From Calditrichota bacterium (GTDB taxonomy: Bacteria; Caldisericota; Caldisericia; UBA6126), in NCBI GenBank assembly GCA_036725105.1, contig DAIMET010000005.1, positions 117 to 64,116 of the forward strand: a DNA stretch of 64,000 bases, given 5' to 3'. Positions 55,330-64,000 of the stretch are shown piece by piece. Made by a program: the position numbers and the translations under genes. How positions within the stretch are numbered: the first letter of the stretch is position 1; each line of letters opens with the position of its first letter. A model generated the notes under the pieces. It did no database searches, was not told the origin of the DNA, and saw only the letters and a program-made list of their open reading frames with translations.

Positions 55330-57201
55330 ATGAAAAAACAGTATGGTGCAATAAACATTGGGTTGCTAGTGCAGCGGATATGCATAATTCCGTTTTTCCT
55401 TTTCACATTCGTCACCTGTTTTCTATTATTTCCAACCCAACCTCGGATCGGACAATGTAAATCGGTTGATTGCACACACGCAATGATTGATGTGCATATA
55501 CTAGAAGACGGAAGTGTAACAATTCAGGAAACCCGGCAGTTTTCGTTTTACGGAACTTTCTCATATGGATATTACACTCTAGACAAAAACGATTTTGGAC
55601 GTATGGAAAACTTCTCTGTTTCCGTTGATGAGACTCTTTTTACTGAATCATCAAAAAATGAAGCTTCGCCTTTTACTTTCTATATCGAAGAAACTTCCAG
55701 TGAATACACCATTTACTATTATTTTGATGCAACCGATGAAGCCAAAACTGTTACTTTTACCTATGATATTTTGGGAAGCATTGAGCTTTATAAAGACTAT
55801 GGACAGTTCTATTGGCAACTTCAGGGAAAAAACTGGCCACTACCTGTTTTTGAATTAGAAGCAACCATCCGATGGGATCAACCCTTTCCCATGGATCAGT
55901 ACAATATTTGGGGGCATGGCCCCTTTCAGGGTGTTACAGAAAAAATCAATGAAACAGAATTCAGAGCTTACTGCAATAATATTCTGCCAGGAGAAAGTAT
56001 TGGTGTACGGCTTTTGCTTCCCTCCTCCTATTTTCAAAGCTTTGATCAGTCATGGGGTAGGAATAAAAGCGATGTAACTGTTCTTGAGAGCATCCAAGCC
56101 GAAGAACAACGTCTTGCACTTGCAGCTAACATCAAAAGGGGATTGGTGAATCAAATTCCTTTGTACATTACTATTCTCCTTGTTGGTCTTTTTTTCTTGC
56201 TATATTTTATTTATGGTAAAGAACCTCAAGTGAAAGAAATTCCATACTACCGCGAACCACCCACCGATGAACCCCCTGCTCTCGTTGGTATGCTGTTTTA
56301 CTATCAGAATTTTCACAAAAGATTCATCAGCGCAACAATATTACACTTCATTCACCGGAAGATAATTCAATATGAAGCCATAGTAGATGATCCAAATGAT
56401 TTTCGCTTGACCTGGGTAAAAAAAGATATCTATTTGCATGATTTCGAAAAAACAATGTTACAAGATATTCTATTCCGCAGTAAACAAGATACTATCACCA
56501 TCAAAGAACTACAAAAAAAGATCAAACGATACAAATCGGTGTATGCCTACCCATATCACAGATTTCGAACGCAGTTACAGAAAAATGCAAAAGAAAAAAA
56601 CTGGTTTCATGCCGGGTCTTTAAAAGCTTCTGCAACTATACGTTCTCTTGGATCATTTTTAATCTTCACCACTTTAGTTCTTTTTGCTTTTTCACCATCA
56701 TATCTATTGTTGGGTTTACCAACCCTGTTGTATTGCATTTTTGCACGCAACCTACGTAAGCGATCAATAAAGGGCAAAGAAGAATTTGTCAAATGGAAAG
56801 CATTCCAACAGTTTTTACTGGATTTTAGTAATTTGGAGCATTATGAAGCTGACTCCATCATTATCTGGGAAAAATTCCTGGTGTATGCGACCATGCTCGG
56901 AATTAGTAAAAAAGTACTAAAAGCTTTCAAGCTACATTTTCCTGGATTTGAAGATAAAGAAGTATCGAATGCTTTCCACCAGAATTTACTGTGGACAAGT
57001 CCATTTCTTGTAGAATCTTTAACCAAGCGGATAACTGCCGTTGGACCCACTCAACATACATTGCAAAGAATAAACACTAGTCCTGGTAGAACAAGTGGCT
57101 GGAAAAGTAACTGGTCTAGTGGTCGTGGATCCGGTGGTGGTTTCTCGGGAGGAGGAGGTTTCTCTGGTGGTGGTGGAGGTTCTGGTGGGGGATTTGGCTA
57201 A
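55330..57201 (+). CDS. DUF2207-like membrane protein with a glycine-rich C-terminal tail
   Basis: Signal or TM N-terminus, a large ectodomain, three or more TM helices, and the tail GRGSGGGFSGGGGFSGGGGGSGGGFG, which is typical of DUF2207 proteins by recollection. Confidence 0.65.
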   Translation: MKKQYGAINIGLLVQRICIIPFFLFTFVTCFLLFPTQPRIGQCKSVDCTHAMIDVHILEDGSVTIQETRQFSFYGTFSYGYYTLDKNDFGRMENFSVSVDETLFTESSKNEASPFTFYIEETSSEYTIYYYFDATDEAKTVTFTYDILGSIELYKDYGQFYWQLQGKNWPLPVFELEATIRWDQPFPMDQYNIWGHGPFQGVTEKINETEFRAYCNNILPGESIGVRLLLPSSYFQSFDQSWGRNKSDVTVLESIQAEEQRLALAANIKRGLVNQIPLYITILLVGLFFLLYFIYGKEPQVKEIPYYREPPTDEPPALVGMLFYYQNFHKRFISATILHFIHRKIIQYEAIVDDPNDFRLTWVKKDIYLHDFEKTMLQDILFRSKQDTITIKELQKKIKRYKSVYAYPYHRFRTQLQKNAKEKNWFHAGSLKASATIRSLGSFLIFTTLVLFAFSPSYLLLGLPTLLYCIFARNLRKRSIKGKEEFVKWKAFQQFLLDFSNLEHYEADSIIIWEKFLVYATMLGISKKVLKAFKLHFPGFEDKEVSNAFHQNLLWTSPFLVESLTKRITAVGPTQHTLQRINTSPGRTSGWKSNWSSGRGSGGGFSGGGGFSGGGGGSGGGFG

Positions 57202-57237
57202 TGAATTGGCAAATTCATACGATTGGCAGGAGGCTAC

Positions 57238-58530
57238 ATGATATTAACTGATTGCACCTATTTAAATCCTCAAATGGAATGGGAAAAGGGTCACATCTCA
57301 ATTCAAAATGGAATCATTCAATCCATTTCAAATGAAAACTCTTTCCAAGTTTCTCCAAAAGAAGAATGTTACTCCGGCACCGGAAAGCTTCTCATTCCTG
57401 GGCTGATGAATCTTCACACCCATATTGCAATGACTCTCTTTCGGGGATTTGCTGATGACTTACCATTGCATGAGTGGTTAACAACCAAAATATTCCCTAT
57501 TGAAGCTAAATTAACCCCCGAAGCAGTCTATTATGGTTCGCTATTGGGGATTGCAGAATGCATTCGATCTGGATGTACTTTCTTTAATGACATGTATTTT
57601 TTCACAGAAGAAACCATTAAGGCAGTCGAATTATCCGGTATTCGAGCATTACTATCACCTGGCATGATGGATACTGCTGGAGAGGAAAAAATACAAACAG
57701 TTCTGTCGATGCACCGCGAATATCATGGTGCTGCCAATGGACGTGTATCGATTTTTTTTGGTCCTCATGCTCCCTATACTTGCAACTTATCATTTCTAAA
57801 AAATATAGCAGATGTTGCTCAAAAAAATGGTATTGGTATCCATATCCACCTGAATGAAACAGAAAAAGAAGTTCATGATTTTCAAAAGGAGCATCATGGA
57901 GCTCTTCCAATCATCGAAATTGCCCAAACTGGTCTTTTTCATAATCCAACTATCGCTGCTCATTGTGTTCATGTATCAGAAGAAGAGCAACAAGTATTGC
58001 TGAATCACAATGTTTTGGTAGTGAATATCCCTGCATCAAATCTGAAACTCTCCTCTGGCATCGCTCCTATTCAAAGTTATCTTGAAAAGGGGATTCCAGT
58101 TGCCATTGGCACAGATGGTGCATCGTCAAACAATCAACTTAATATGATGCTTGAGATGAGACTTTCTTCACTTTTAGGGAAAGTGGTACCATCAAAGAAT
58201 CCAAAAGCCATAGATGGGAAAACAACATTTTCAATGGCTACGAAAATTCCCGGTCAGTGGTTATTTCCAAACGAAGCTGGTACGATTCAAGAAGGAGCAT
58301 TTGCAGATTTGGTCTTTTTATCCATGAATCATCCCTCTTCTACTCCATGCTTTCATCCAATCTCGAATATTGTCTATGCATCAAATGGATCTGAGGTTGA
58401 ATCTGTGATTGTGCAAGGTAAATTTGTTATGAAAGACAGAATCATTACTACTTTTGATGAGAAACATGTCCTTCAGAAAGTAAATGAAATTGTCTACAAA
58501 CTAACTGGAAAAAGGAGCTATAGCGCATGA
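57238..58530 (+). CDS. mtaD: 5-methylthioadenosine/S-adenosylhomocysteine deaminase-like amidohydrolase
   Basis: PGLMNLHTHIAMTLFRGFADDLPLHEWL, HLNET and GTDGASSNN. The ATG at 57238 follows AGGAGG; the track start at 57223 is TTG. Confidence 0.8.
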   Translation: MILTDCTYLNPQMEWEKGHISIQNGIIQSISNENSFQVSPKEECYSGTGKLLIPGLMNLHTHIAMTLFRGFADDLPLHEWLTTKIFPIEAKLTPEAVYYGSLLGIAECIRSGCTFFNDMYFFTEETIKAVELSGIRALLSPGMMDTAGEEKIQTVLSMHREYHGAANGRVSIFFGPHAPYTCNLSFLKNIADVAQKNGIGIHIHLNETEKEVHDFQKEHHGALPIIEIAQTGLFHNPTIAAHCVHVSEEEQQVLLNHNVLVVNIPASNLKLSSGIAPIQSYLEKGIPVAIGTDGASSNNQLNMMLEMRLSSLLGKVVPSKNPKAIDGKTTFSMATKIPGQWLFPNEAGTIQEGAFADLVFLSMNHPSSTPCFHPISNIVYASNGSEVESVIVQGKFVMKDRIITTFDEKHVLQKVNEIVYKLTGKRSYSA

Positions 58531-59261
58531 AAATAGGTATTATTGGTGGTTCCGGTTTTCGATCTTTCCCCTCGGTGGAAACTATTTCAGAGAAAACGAT
58601 ACATACTCCCTATGGAGAAGCATTTTTTGAAGAGATTCAGTTTCACAACCAAAACCTGGTTTTCCTTCCCAGACATGGTAAAAAACACCACATACCCCCA
58701 CATCAGATCAATTATCGAGCTAATATTTTTGCTTTACATGAAATTGGTGTCACCCACATTATTGCAACCGCAGCTTGTGGCTCTCTTCGTGAAAATCTAC
58801 AACCGGGAATGTTTGGTACTTGCAGCTCTTACATCGAATTCACTCGAAATCGTAAATCAACTTTTTATGATCATTTTATTCCTACAGCAATACACATTGA
58901 TCAAACCAATCCATACTCAAAATTTCTCAATCAACACCTAGAAACTGCTCTAAACTCCCTTCAAATTCCTCATCAAACCAACTTAACAATGATTGTTACA
59001 GAAGGTCCCCGATATGAAACCACGGCAGAGATTAAAATGTATGCTTTGTATGGAGGAGATATTGTAAATATGACTGGATATCCTGAAATTGTTCTGTCTG
59101 GAGAAATGGGTATTGAGTACTCTTGCATCAGCATCATAACAAATTTTGCTGCAGGCATTTCACCCACACCATTGTCTATGGAAGAGGTAGAACAACAGAT
59201 GAAGGCATCAAATCATCAGTTGTATGAAGTATTCCATCAAGTTATCTCGAAACTGAAGTAA
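58527..59261 (+). CDS. mtnP: MTAP-family nucleoside phosphorylase (methylthioadenosine or methylthioinosine phosphorylase)
   Basis: MKIGIIGGSG, FLPRHGKKHHIPPHQINYRANIFAL and VNMTGYPE. ATGA overlap with mtaD. Confidence 0.8.
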   Translation: MKIGIIGGSGFRSFPSVETISEKTIHTPYGEAFFEEIQFHNQNLVFLPRHGKKHHIPPHQINYRANIFALHEIGVTHIIATAACGSLRENLQPGMFGTCSSYIEFTRNRKSTFYDHFIPTAIHIDQTNPYSKFLNQHLETALNSLQIPHQTNLTMIVTEGPRYETTAEIKMYALYGGDIVNMTGYPEIVLSGEMGIEYSCISIITNFAAGISPTPLSMEEVEQQMKASNHQLYEVFHQVISKLK

Positions 59262-59265
59262 CAAA

Positions 59266-60342
59266 ATGCCTGTATCATCATCACAACTACCTGACTTTTT
59301 TCTTCGATGTACCTATCACTTATACGTTTCACATGTTCTCAAATATCGCCAATACAACGAATTATGGGAACATGATTTTGATGCTATACCTGATGAAATA
59401 ATGGATCTACTCAACACAAAAGAAACATTGTGCTTTCTAGATCAAGAAAAAGAAAAAGCAGCACAATTGGGGATTCAAATACTCCCCTTTCATCACAATG
59501 ATTACCCTTCTGCTCTAAAAAAGCTGAAAGGTATGCCCCCCGTACTATACACCAAATCAAATACTAAAATAGATTTAAACCAACCTTTTTTTATTGCTAT
59601 TGTTGGCTCGCGAAAAGCAAGTACATACGGGAAAAAATATGCCTTCCGTTTTGCTTCAGAACTTTCTGCCCTTGGATTCACAATCATTTCAGGATTAGCA
59701 TATGGAATTGATGCAGAATCCCACAAAGGGGCTTTATCTCAACAAGGAAAAACAATTGCAGTGGTGGGTACAGGAGTTGATCTCTGTTATCCAAAACCAA
59801 ATTTCAGTCTTATGCAATCCATTGAAAACAGCGGTTGCATTCTGACAGAATTTCCTATTGGTACTCCTCCAAAACCTTATCATTTTCCCTCAAGAAATCG
59901 AATCATTAGTGGTATCTCTGATGCAGTATTGTTAATGGAAGCAGCTCAAAAAAGCGGTGCTATGATTACTGCAGATCTAGCATTGGATCAAGGAAAAGAA
60001 GTATTTGCTCTTCCTGGCTCTATTGATTCTCCAACAAGTCAAGGTACAAACGATCTTATTAAACAAGGAGTGCGAGTATTGACTCAAGTAGAGGATGTTA
60101 CAAGTTTATTGGGATCTCCAAGTCGTTCAGAGCTTTTTGATGAGGAAAAAACTTTTGAGAGTAACGAAAAAAAGATTGTGATTGCATTGAAACAAGAAGA
60201 TTTGGATTTCTCTTCATTGGTAGACCAATTACAGATACCGTCTTCCGAACTGATGAAAGCTTTGACTATGCTAGAGATAAAAGGGATCATTCGAAAAGAG
60301 AAGAACGTTTACAGCTTGTTTCAAGCTGTTCTTTTTTCGTAA
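59266..60342 (+). CDS. dprA: DNA-processing protein DprA
   Basis: Rossmann-like core IAIVGSRKASTYGKKYAFRFASELSALGFTIISGLAYGIDAESH, and a C-terminal winged-helix-like region. Confidence 0.85.
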   Translation: MPVSSSQLPDFFLRCTYHLYVSHVLKYRQYNELWEHDFDAIPDEIMDLLNTKETLCFLDQEKEKAAQLGIQILPFHHNDYPSALKKLKGMPPVLYTKSNTKIDLNQPFFIAIVGSRKASTYGKKYAFRFASELSALGFTIISGLAYGIDAESHKGALSQQGKTIAVVGTGVDLCYPKPNFSLMQSIENSGCILTEFPIGTPPKPYHFPSRNRIISGISDAVLLMEAAQKSGAMITADLALDQGKEVFALPGSIDSPTSQGTNDLIKQGVRVLTQVEDVTSLLGSPSRSELFDEEKTFESNEKKIVIALKQEDLDFSSLVDQLQIPSSELMKALTMLEIKGIIRKEKNVYSLFQAVLFS

Positions 60343-60351
60343 ACCAGGTTG

Positions 60352-61092
60352 TTAAAAGCCTTTTGCAAGACGCTTAATCAAAAACTCAGGAAATCCTTTG
60401 GACTCCATTTTCTCTTGCGTTTTATATATCGGATAGGGAAACCTTAGTATTTTAAGTTGCATCGCTTCAGAATCAAAAAGTCCAAAAGAACAGTCAGGAT
60501 TCCCATCTCTACTTTGTCCCACACTTCCAACATTGATAACATACTTACAATTTGGTTTGAGCACCCAATCTAGACCAAATTTTGCCTTGTGCACTTCGAT
60601 GTTGTTGTTACTAGCTATCTCAAAAATACAGGGATTGTGAGAATGCCCAATAAACAAAATGTTATTCTTTTTGTTAAGAGAAGCATTTCGGTATGCAGTA
60701 TTTTCATCTAACACATATCGGTAGGGATGTTGGGGATCTAGAAAAGAATGAGTAAAAGTAAATTTCTTATCTACTATCGCGCTTGGTAGCGATTTTATGA
60801 AATCAATTTCATTTTTGTTGACCAACTTCTTTTGAATATTGAGTGCTACTACAGCATCTTCGTTGAAATAGATATCCATAGAATCAGTCAAAAAAGCTTG
60901 GTCATGATTACCATACACGGACTGAAGAGAATACTTCTGAAGGGAGTGAATACACTCCACTGGTTCTGGTCCATAGCCAACAATATCACCACAGCAGATG
61001 ATATCCCTTACATCTATGGTGTTTAAATAAGATAGGATTGTATCCAATGCTTCATAATTGGCGTGAATGTCAGATAATATTGCGTATATCAT
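60352..61092 (-). CDS. Metallophosphoesterase family protein
   Basis: MIYAILSDIHAN, CCGDIVGYGPEP, GNHD and GHSH, the calcineurin-like metal-ligand series. I prefer the ATG at 61092; the track TTG is at 61107. Confidence 0.8.
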   Translation of the reverse strand: MIYAILSDIHANYEALDTILSYLNTIDVRDIICCGDIVGYGPEPVECIHSLQKYSLQSVYGNHDQAFLTDSMDIYFNEDAVVALNIQKKLVNKNEIDFIKSLPSAIVDKKFTFTHSFLDPQHPYRYVLDENTAYRNASLNKKNNILFIGHSHNPCIFEIASNNNIEVHKAKFGLDWVLKPNCKYVINVGSVGQSRDGNPDCSFGLFDSEAMQLKILRFPYPIYKTQEKMESKGFPEFLIKRLAKGF

Positions 61093-61105
61093 GGTATCAT
61101 TGTAC

Positions 61106-61145
61106 AAAAAAAACGGGGAAATTAACTATTTCCCCGTTTTTTTTT
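61106..61145 (-). terminator. Rho-independent terminator after rplL (bidirectional geometry)
   Basis: A 9-bp stem CGGGGAAAT/ATTTCCCCG (61114..61136) with a 5-nt loop. It is flanked by A8 and T9. It lies 20 nt after the rplL stop. Confidence 0.8.
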
Positions 61146-61165
61146 AACTCAAATAGTGAAAAGAG

Positions 61166-61546
61166 TTACTTAACTTCGATGAGAGCTCCGACAGCAGCTA
61201 ATTTATCTTTCAGATCATTGGCTTCTTTTTCAGAAACTTTTTCTTTAACAGCTTTTGGTGCACTATCAACTAATGCTTTAGCTTCTTTTAATCCAAGTCC
61301 AGTGATTTCACGTACGACTTTGATTACTTGGATCTTTTGAGAACCAGCATCGGAAATAATTACATCAAACTCGGTTTGTTCTGCTCCACTATCTCCACCA
61401 GCACCGTCGCCAGATGGAGCTGCTGCAACAGCGGCTACAGGCATAGCTGCAGAAACACCAAAGCGTTCTTCAATAGCAGCTACCAACTCAACTAATTCTA
61501 AAACTTTCATCTCTTCAATAGCTTGTAAAATTTCATCTTTACTCAT
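61166..61546 (-). CDS. rplL: 50S ribosomal protein L7/L12
   Basis: [22 protein letters not shown]...Ala/Gly hinge...[25 protein letters not shown] prefer the second of two adjacent ATGs (61546) on SD spacing. Confidence 0.95.
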   Translation of the reverse strand: MSKDEILQAIEEMKVLELVELVAAIEERFGVSAAMPVAAVAAAPSGDGAGGDSGAEQTEFDVIISDAGSQKIQVIKVVREITGLGLKEAKALVDSAPKAVKEKVSEKEANDLKDKLAAVGALIEVK

Positions 61547-61555
61547 CATATCCTC

Positions 61556-62095
61556 CTATGATTCAGATTGTTTTTGATCTTTAACAGCATTCAATGCCCA
61601 ACACAATTTGGTGATGGTGTTGTTAAGCACAATTGCCATATTTCTCATTGGACCATTCATACAAAATGCTACCTGGCCAAGAAGTACTTCTCTTGGTGGT
61701 ACAGAAGCTAATCTTACGACATCTTCTTTTGAAAGAAGTTTACCTTCAAAAAACCCTCCTTTGATAGTAGGAGTTTTTTTGCCTTTGGTGTAATCCTTTA
61801 AAATCTTGGGGGCCATTAAAGGATCTTCTTGGGAGTAAACAGCACCAGTCATGCCGCTGAAAATAACTTTTTCCAGATCAGTGTCAAACTCAATACCGGC
61901 ATTTGCTGCAGTTTTTCGATACAGAGTGTTTTTTGTTACGAATGCAGAACAGTTTGCATTGTTCACTATTTTACGAAATTCAGTCAAACTTTCGTCATTC
62001 ATGGATTCGTAGTTGTAAAAAACAAGACTTTGAGCATCATTCCAAACTTGGGTCATCTTTTCAAAAATCTCTTCTTTTTTCTTTCTTGTAATCAT
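61556..62095 (-). CDS. rplJ: 50S ribosomal protein L10
   Basis: 179 aa, positioned between rplA and rplL. It has an L10-like N-terminus (KKKEEIFEKMTQVWNDAQSLVFYNY) and an AGGAGG SD. Confidence 0.9.
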   Translation of the reverse strand: MITRKKKEEIFEKMTQVWNDAQSLVFYNYESMNDESLTEFRKIVNNANCSAFVTKNTLYRKTAANAGIEFDTDLEKVIFSGMTGAVYSQEDPLMAPKILKDYTKGKKTPTIKGGFFEGKLLSKEDVVRLASVPPREVLLGQVAFCMNGPMRNMAIVLNNTITKLCWALNAVKDQKQSES

Positions 62096-62235
62096 ACTTC
62101 CTCCTTTCTAATAAAAAATGCCTTCCCAAAGCGGGAAGGCATAAATTGTCGACAATTTTATTACCTGCCCTATGCGAGAGAAGTTTTAAACCCGAAGGTT
62201 CCCGCAGTCTTTGGGAAGAATGAAAGAGCTATTGC
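62096..62235 (-). promoter_or_regulatory. Structured rplJ 5' leader (L10-leader-like) ending in a terminator/attenuator-like hairpin
   Basis: The minus-strand RNA folds by hand into three hairpins. The first is AACC-UUCG-GGUU. The second is AAAUUG-UCGA-CAAUUU (62143..62158). The third is a 10-bp stem AUGCCUUCCC/GGGAAGGCAU (62118..62142) followed by UUUUUAUU, immediately before the AGGAGG SD. Confidence 0.5.
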
Positions 62236-62943
62236 CTAAGTACCAGCAGCGCTCCTTACTAAATTCGTAACATTCAATTTAAGAGATGGGCTCATCGTAA
62301 GAGCAATATAACAGCTCTTCATATATTGTCCTTTAGCTGAAGAAGGTCTGGCTTTTACGATAGCATTCGTCAAAGCATAAATATTCTTTCTTAAATCATC
62401 TTTTGTAAAATCAGCCTTACCTACAGGTACATGGACGTTGGCAAATTTATCAACGCGATACTCAACGCGTCCAGATTTCATTTCTTTGATTGTTTTGTCG
62501 ATGTCGTTCGTAACAGTACCAAGTTTTGGGTTTGGCATTAAACCACGAGGACCCAAAAGTCGTCCTAGCTGACCGACAACTCCCATCATATCAGGAGTGG
62601 CAATACAAACATCAAAATCAAACCAACCAGTTTTAATTTTGGCTACATTTTCTTCATCGCCAATATAGTCTGCACCAGCATCTTTAGCTACTTGGATCAT
62701 GTCACCTTTTGCAAACACCATGACTCGAACTTCTTTTCCAGTTCCAGCGGGTAGACTAACCATACCTCGAATATTCTGTTCGGATTTTTTTGGGTCTACA
62801 CCAAGAGAAAAATGAAGTTCAACGGTTTCGTTAAACTTGGCGGTTTTTAATTTTGGGACTAAATCAAGAGCTTCATCAATCAAGTATTCTTTTCCGACAA
62901 GATCAAGCTCTTTTATAACATTTTTGTACTTTTTTCCGGGCAT
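62236..62943 (-). CDS. rplA: 50S ribosomal protein L1
   Basis: It begins [14 protein letters not shown] and contains [24 protein letters not shown]. 235 aa. Confidence 0.95.
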   Translation of the reverse strand: MPGKKYKNVIKELDLVGKEYLIDEALDLVPKLKTAKFNETVELHFSLGVDPKKSEQNIRGMVSLPAGTGKEVRVMVFAKGDMIQVAKDAGADYIGDEENVAKIKTGWFDFDVCIATPDMMGVVGQLGRLLGPRGLMPNPKLGTVTNDIDKTIKEMKSGRVEYRVDKFANVHVPVGKADFTKDDLRKNIYALTNAIVKARPSSAKGQYMKSCYIALTMSPSLKLNVTNLVRSAAGT

Positions 62944-62968
62944 AATAGTTCCTCTATGCTACTGCAAT

Positions 62969-63394
62969 TTAAATTTCGACGTCAACGCCCATCGATTTTG
63001 CAGTGCCGGCTACCATTTGCATAGCAGATTCAACGCTGATCGTATTTAAATCTTGCATTTTAATCTCAGCGATCTTTTTTACCTGACTAGCATTGAGCCT
63101 TCCCACTTTTTTCCGATTGGGTACACCGGATGCTGTTTCTAATTTTAGTTCTTTCTTGATTAACGCAGCAACTGGGGGCGTTTTCAGAATAAAACTAAAA
63201 GTACGGTCAGCATAAACCGTTATGACTACAGGAATCACAAGGCCTTTTTTGTCTGCAGTTTTATCATTAAACTCTTTTACAAACTGCATAATATTGACAC
63301 CCTTTTGTCCTAGGGCTGGTCCTACGGGAGGAGCTGGAGTGGCACCACCAGCAGGGATTTGTAGCTTAATATATCCAGTAACTTTTTTTGCCAT
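62969..63394 (-). CDS. rplK: 50S ribosomal protein L11
   Basis: [43 protein letters not shown]. Confidence 0.95.
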   Translation of the reverse strand: MAKKVTGYIKLQIPAGGATPAPPVGPALGQKGVNIMQFVKEFNDKTADKKGLVIPVVITVYADRTFSFILKTPPVAALIKKELKLETASGVPNRKKVGRLNASQVKKIAEIKMQDLNTISVESAMQMVAGTAKSMGVDVEI

Positions 63395-63417
63395 CAGAAA
63401 TAACTCCTTCTGCGATG

Positions 63418-63957
63418 TTATATTTTTTCAATAAAAGGAAAATCAATTTCAACTGCCATTTGACGTCCAAACATTGTGAGTAGAACTTTTGCTTTTTCGG
63501 TTTCTTCATCAATTTCTTCTACAACACCTGTTAAATCTTGGAAAGGTCCGTTGTTAATGCGGATATGGTCATTGACACTAAAGTTCAACCGAGCTCTTGC
63601 TTCTTCTTCGGTAATACGGTTTAACATAATTTCGACTTCTTTTTTTGTCAATGGAGTTGGTTTTCCTTCAGGACCGACAAACCCAAGAACATTTGGCGTT
63701 CTTCGTACAGCGTACCATGTTTGATCATCTAAAAACATTTTTACAAGGACATATCCAGGATAAACTTTTTCTTCTACAGGGTCTTTTTTACCGGGTTTTC
63801 TTTGGAAATCTACTGGAATTTCGATATCAATAATTTTGCCTTCTAATGCAAAAGATCGGATTCTTTCCAGCAAACATGTTTTAACATGTTTCTCCTTACC
63901 GGAATAAGTACTAATCAAATACCACTGTGCTTGATGGTCTTCCTGGACAATTGCCAT
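63418..63957 (-). CDS. nusG: Transcription termination/antitermination factor NusG
   Basis: [15 protein letters not shown] (NGN domain) and the KOW segment [22 protein letters not shown]. It has the conserved position upstream of rplK. Confidence 0.95.
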   Translation of the reverse strand: MAIVQEDHQAQWYLISTYSGKEKHVKTCLLERIRSFALEGKIIDIEIPVDFQRKPGKKDPVEEKVYPGYVLVKMFLDDQTWYAVRRTPNVLGFVGPEGKPTPLTKKEVEIMLNRITEEEARARLNFSVNDHIRINNGPFQDLTGVVEEIDEETEKAKVLLTMFGRQMAVEIDFPFIEKI

Positions 63958-63958
63958 A

Positions 63959-64000
63959 CTATGCTCCAGTTACGAAGGTCATAAATGCTTCCATGGCCTT
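63959..64000 (-). CDS. secE: Probable 3' end of secE (only 13 codons plus stop lie in the window)
   Basis: The open frame ...KAMEAFMTFVTGA-TAG ends 1 nt before the nusG ATG. The call rests on the conserved secE-nusG synteny only. Confidence 0.35.
   Translation of the reverse strand, partial: KAMEAFMTFVTGA

Noticed and set aside
62143-62158. The perfect 16-nt palindrome AAATTGTCGACAATTT, considered as a DNA operator for a dimeric regulator.
   Set aside because: It lies inside the transcribed rplJ leader between two other hairpins. It is more simply read as an RNA stem-loop of the L10 leader. There are no other copies in the window.
1-64000. A search by eye for CRISPR arrays, IS or transposase and integrase genes, phage modules, toxin-antitoxin pairs and known defence systems.
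   Set aside because: No direct-repeat/spacer arrays were seen, and no ORF has transposase, recombinase or nuclease-defence hallmarks. The tRNA cluster has no adjacent integrase. The region appears to be core chromosome.

Overview
This is an AT-rich bacterial chromosomal segment that is extremely gene-dense. By my hand tally of the calls below, only about 1.9 kb of 64 kb is non-coding. I call about 64 protein genes, 5 tRNAs, 2 strong intrinsic terminators and a structured L10 leader.

Most of the content is core housekeeping:
- Translation and transcription: secE(partial)-nusG-rplK-rplA-rplJ-rplL, greA-lysS, rsmD, dus.
- Metabolism: pyrC-pyrK-pyrD, sucC-sucD, hutH and hutI (23 kb apart, no hutU or hutG seen), purF, pfkA, alr, coaD, coaX, and an MTA deaminase plus MTAP pair.
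- DNA repair and uptake: uvrC, mutY, dprA.
- Transport and secretion: corA, and secG followed by a tRNA cluster (Leu-Val-Asp-Phe-Asp).

I found no CRISPR array, transposase, integrase, phage module or recognisable defence or toxin-antitoxin genes. The window looks like core genome, not an accessory island.

The non-housekeeping fraction is dominated by exported or membrane-anchored envelope proteins:
- two secreted thioredoxin-fold WCGxC paralogues, one with a dockerin-like loop;
- a roughly 980-aa multi-repeat surface protein with a copper-amine-oxidase-N-like stalk domain;
- a stalk-domain and rhodanese fusion;
- a TlpA-like lipoprotein;
- two parvulin PPIases;
- tandem NTF2-like anchored proteins;
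- a GerMN protein.

The most unusual items are:
- a translationally coupled CocE/NonD-hydrolase plus split aconitase-X operon;
- a YchF homologue with degenerate nucleotide-binding motifs embedded in the sucCD-hutI operon;
- GreA with a roughly 96-aa Lys/Thr/Ser-rich N-terminal tail;
- UvrC without the C-terminal (HhH)2 domain;
- the surface thiol-redox gene set.

All family assignments come from motif recognition by eye. No database search was run. Taxonomy is undetermined; the features look monoderm or Firmicutes-like, or deep-branching.
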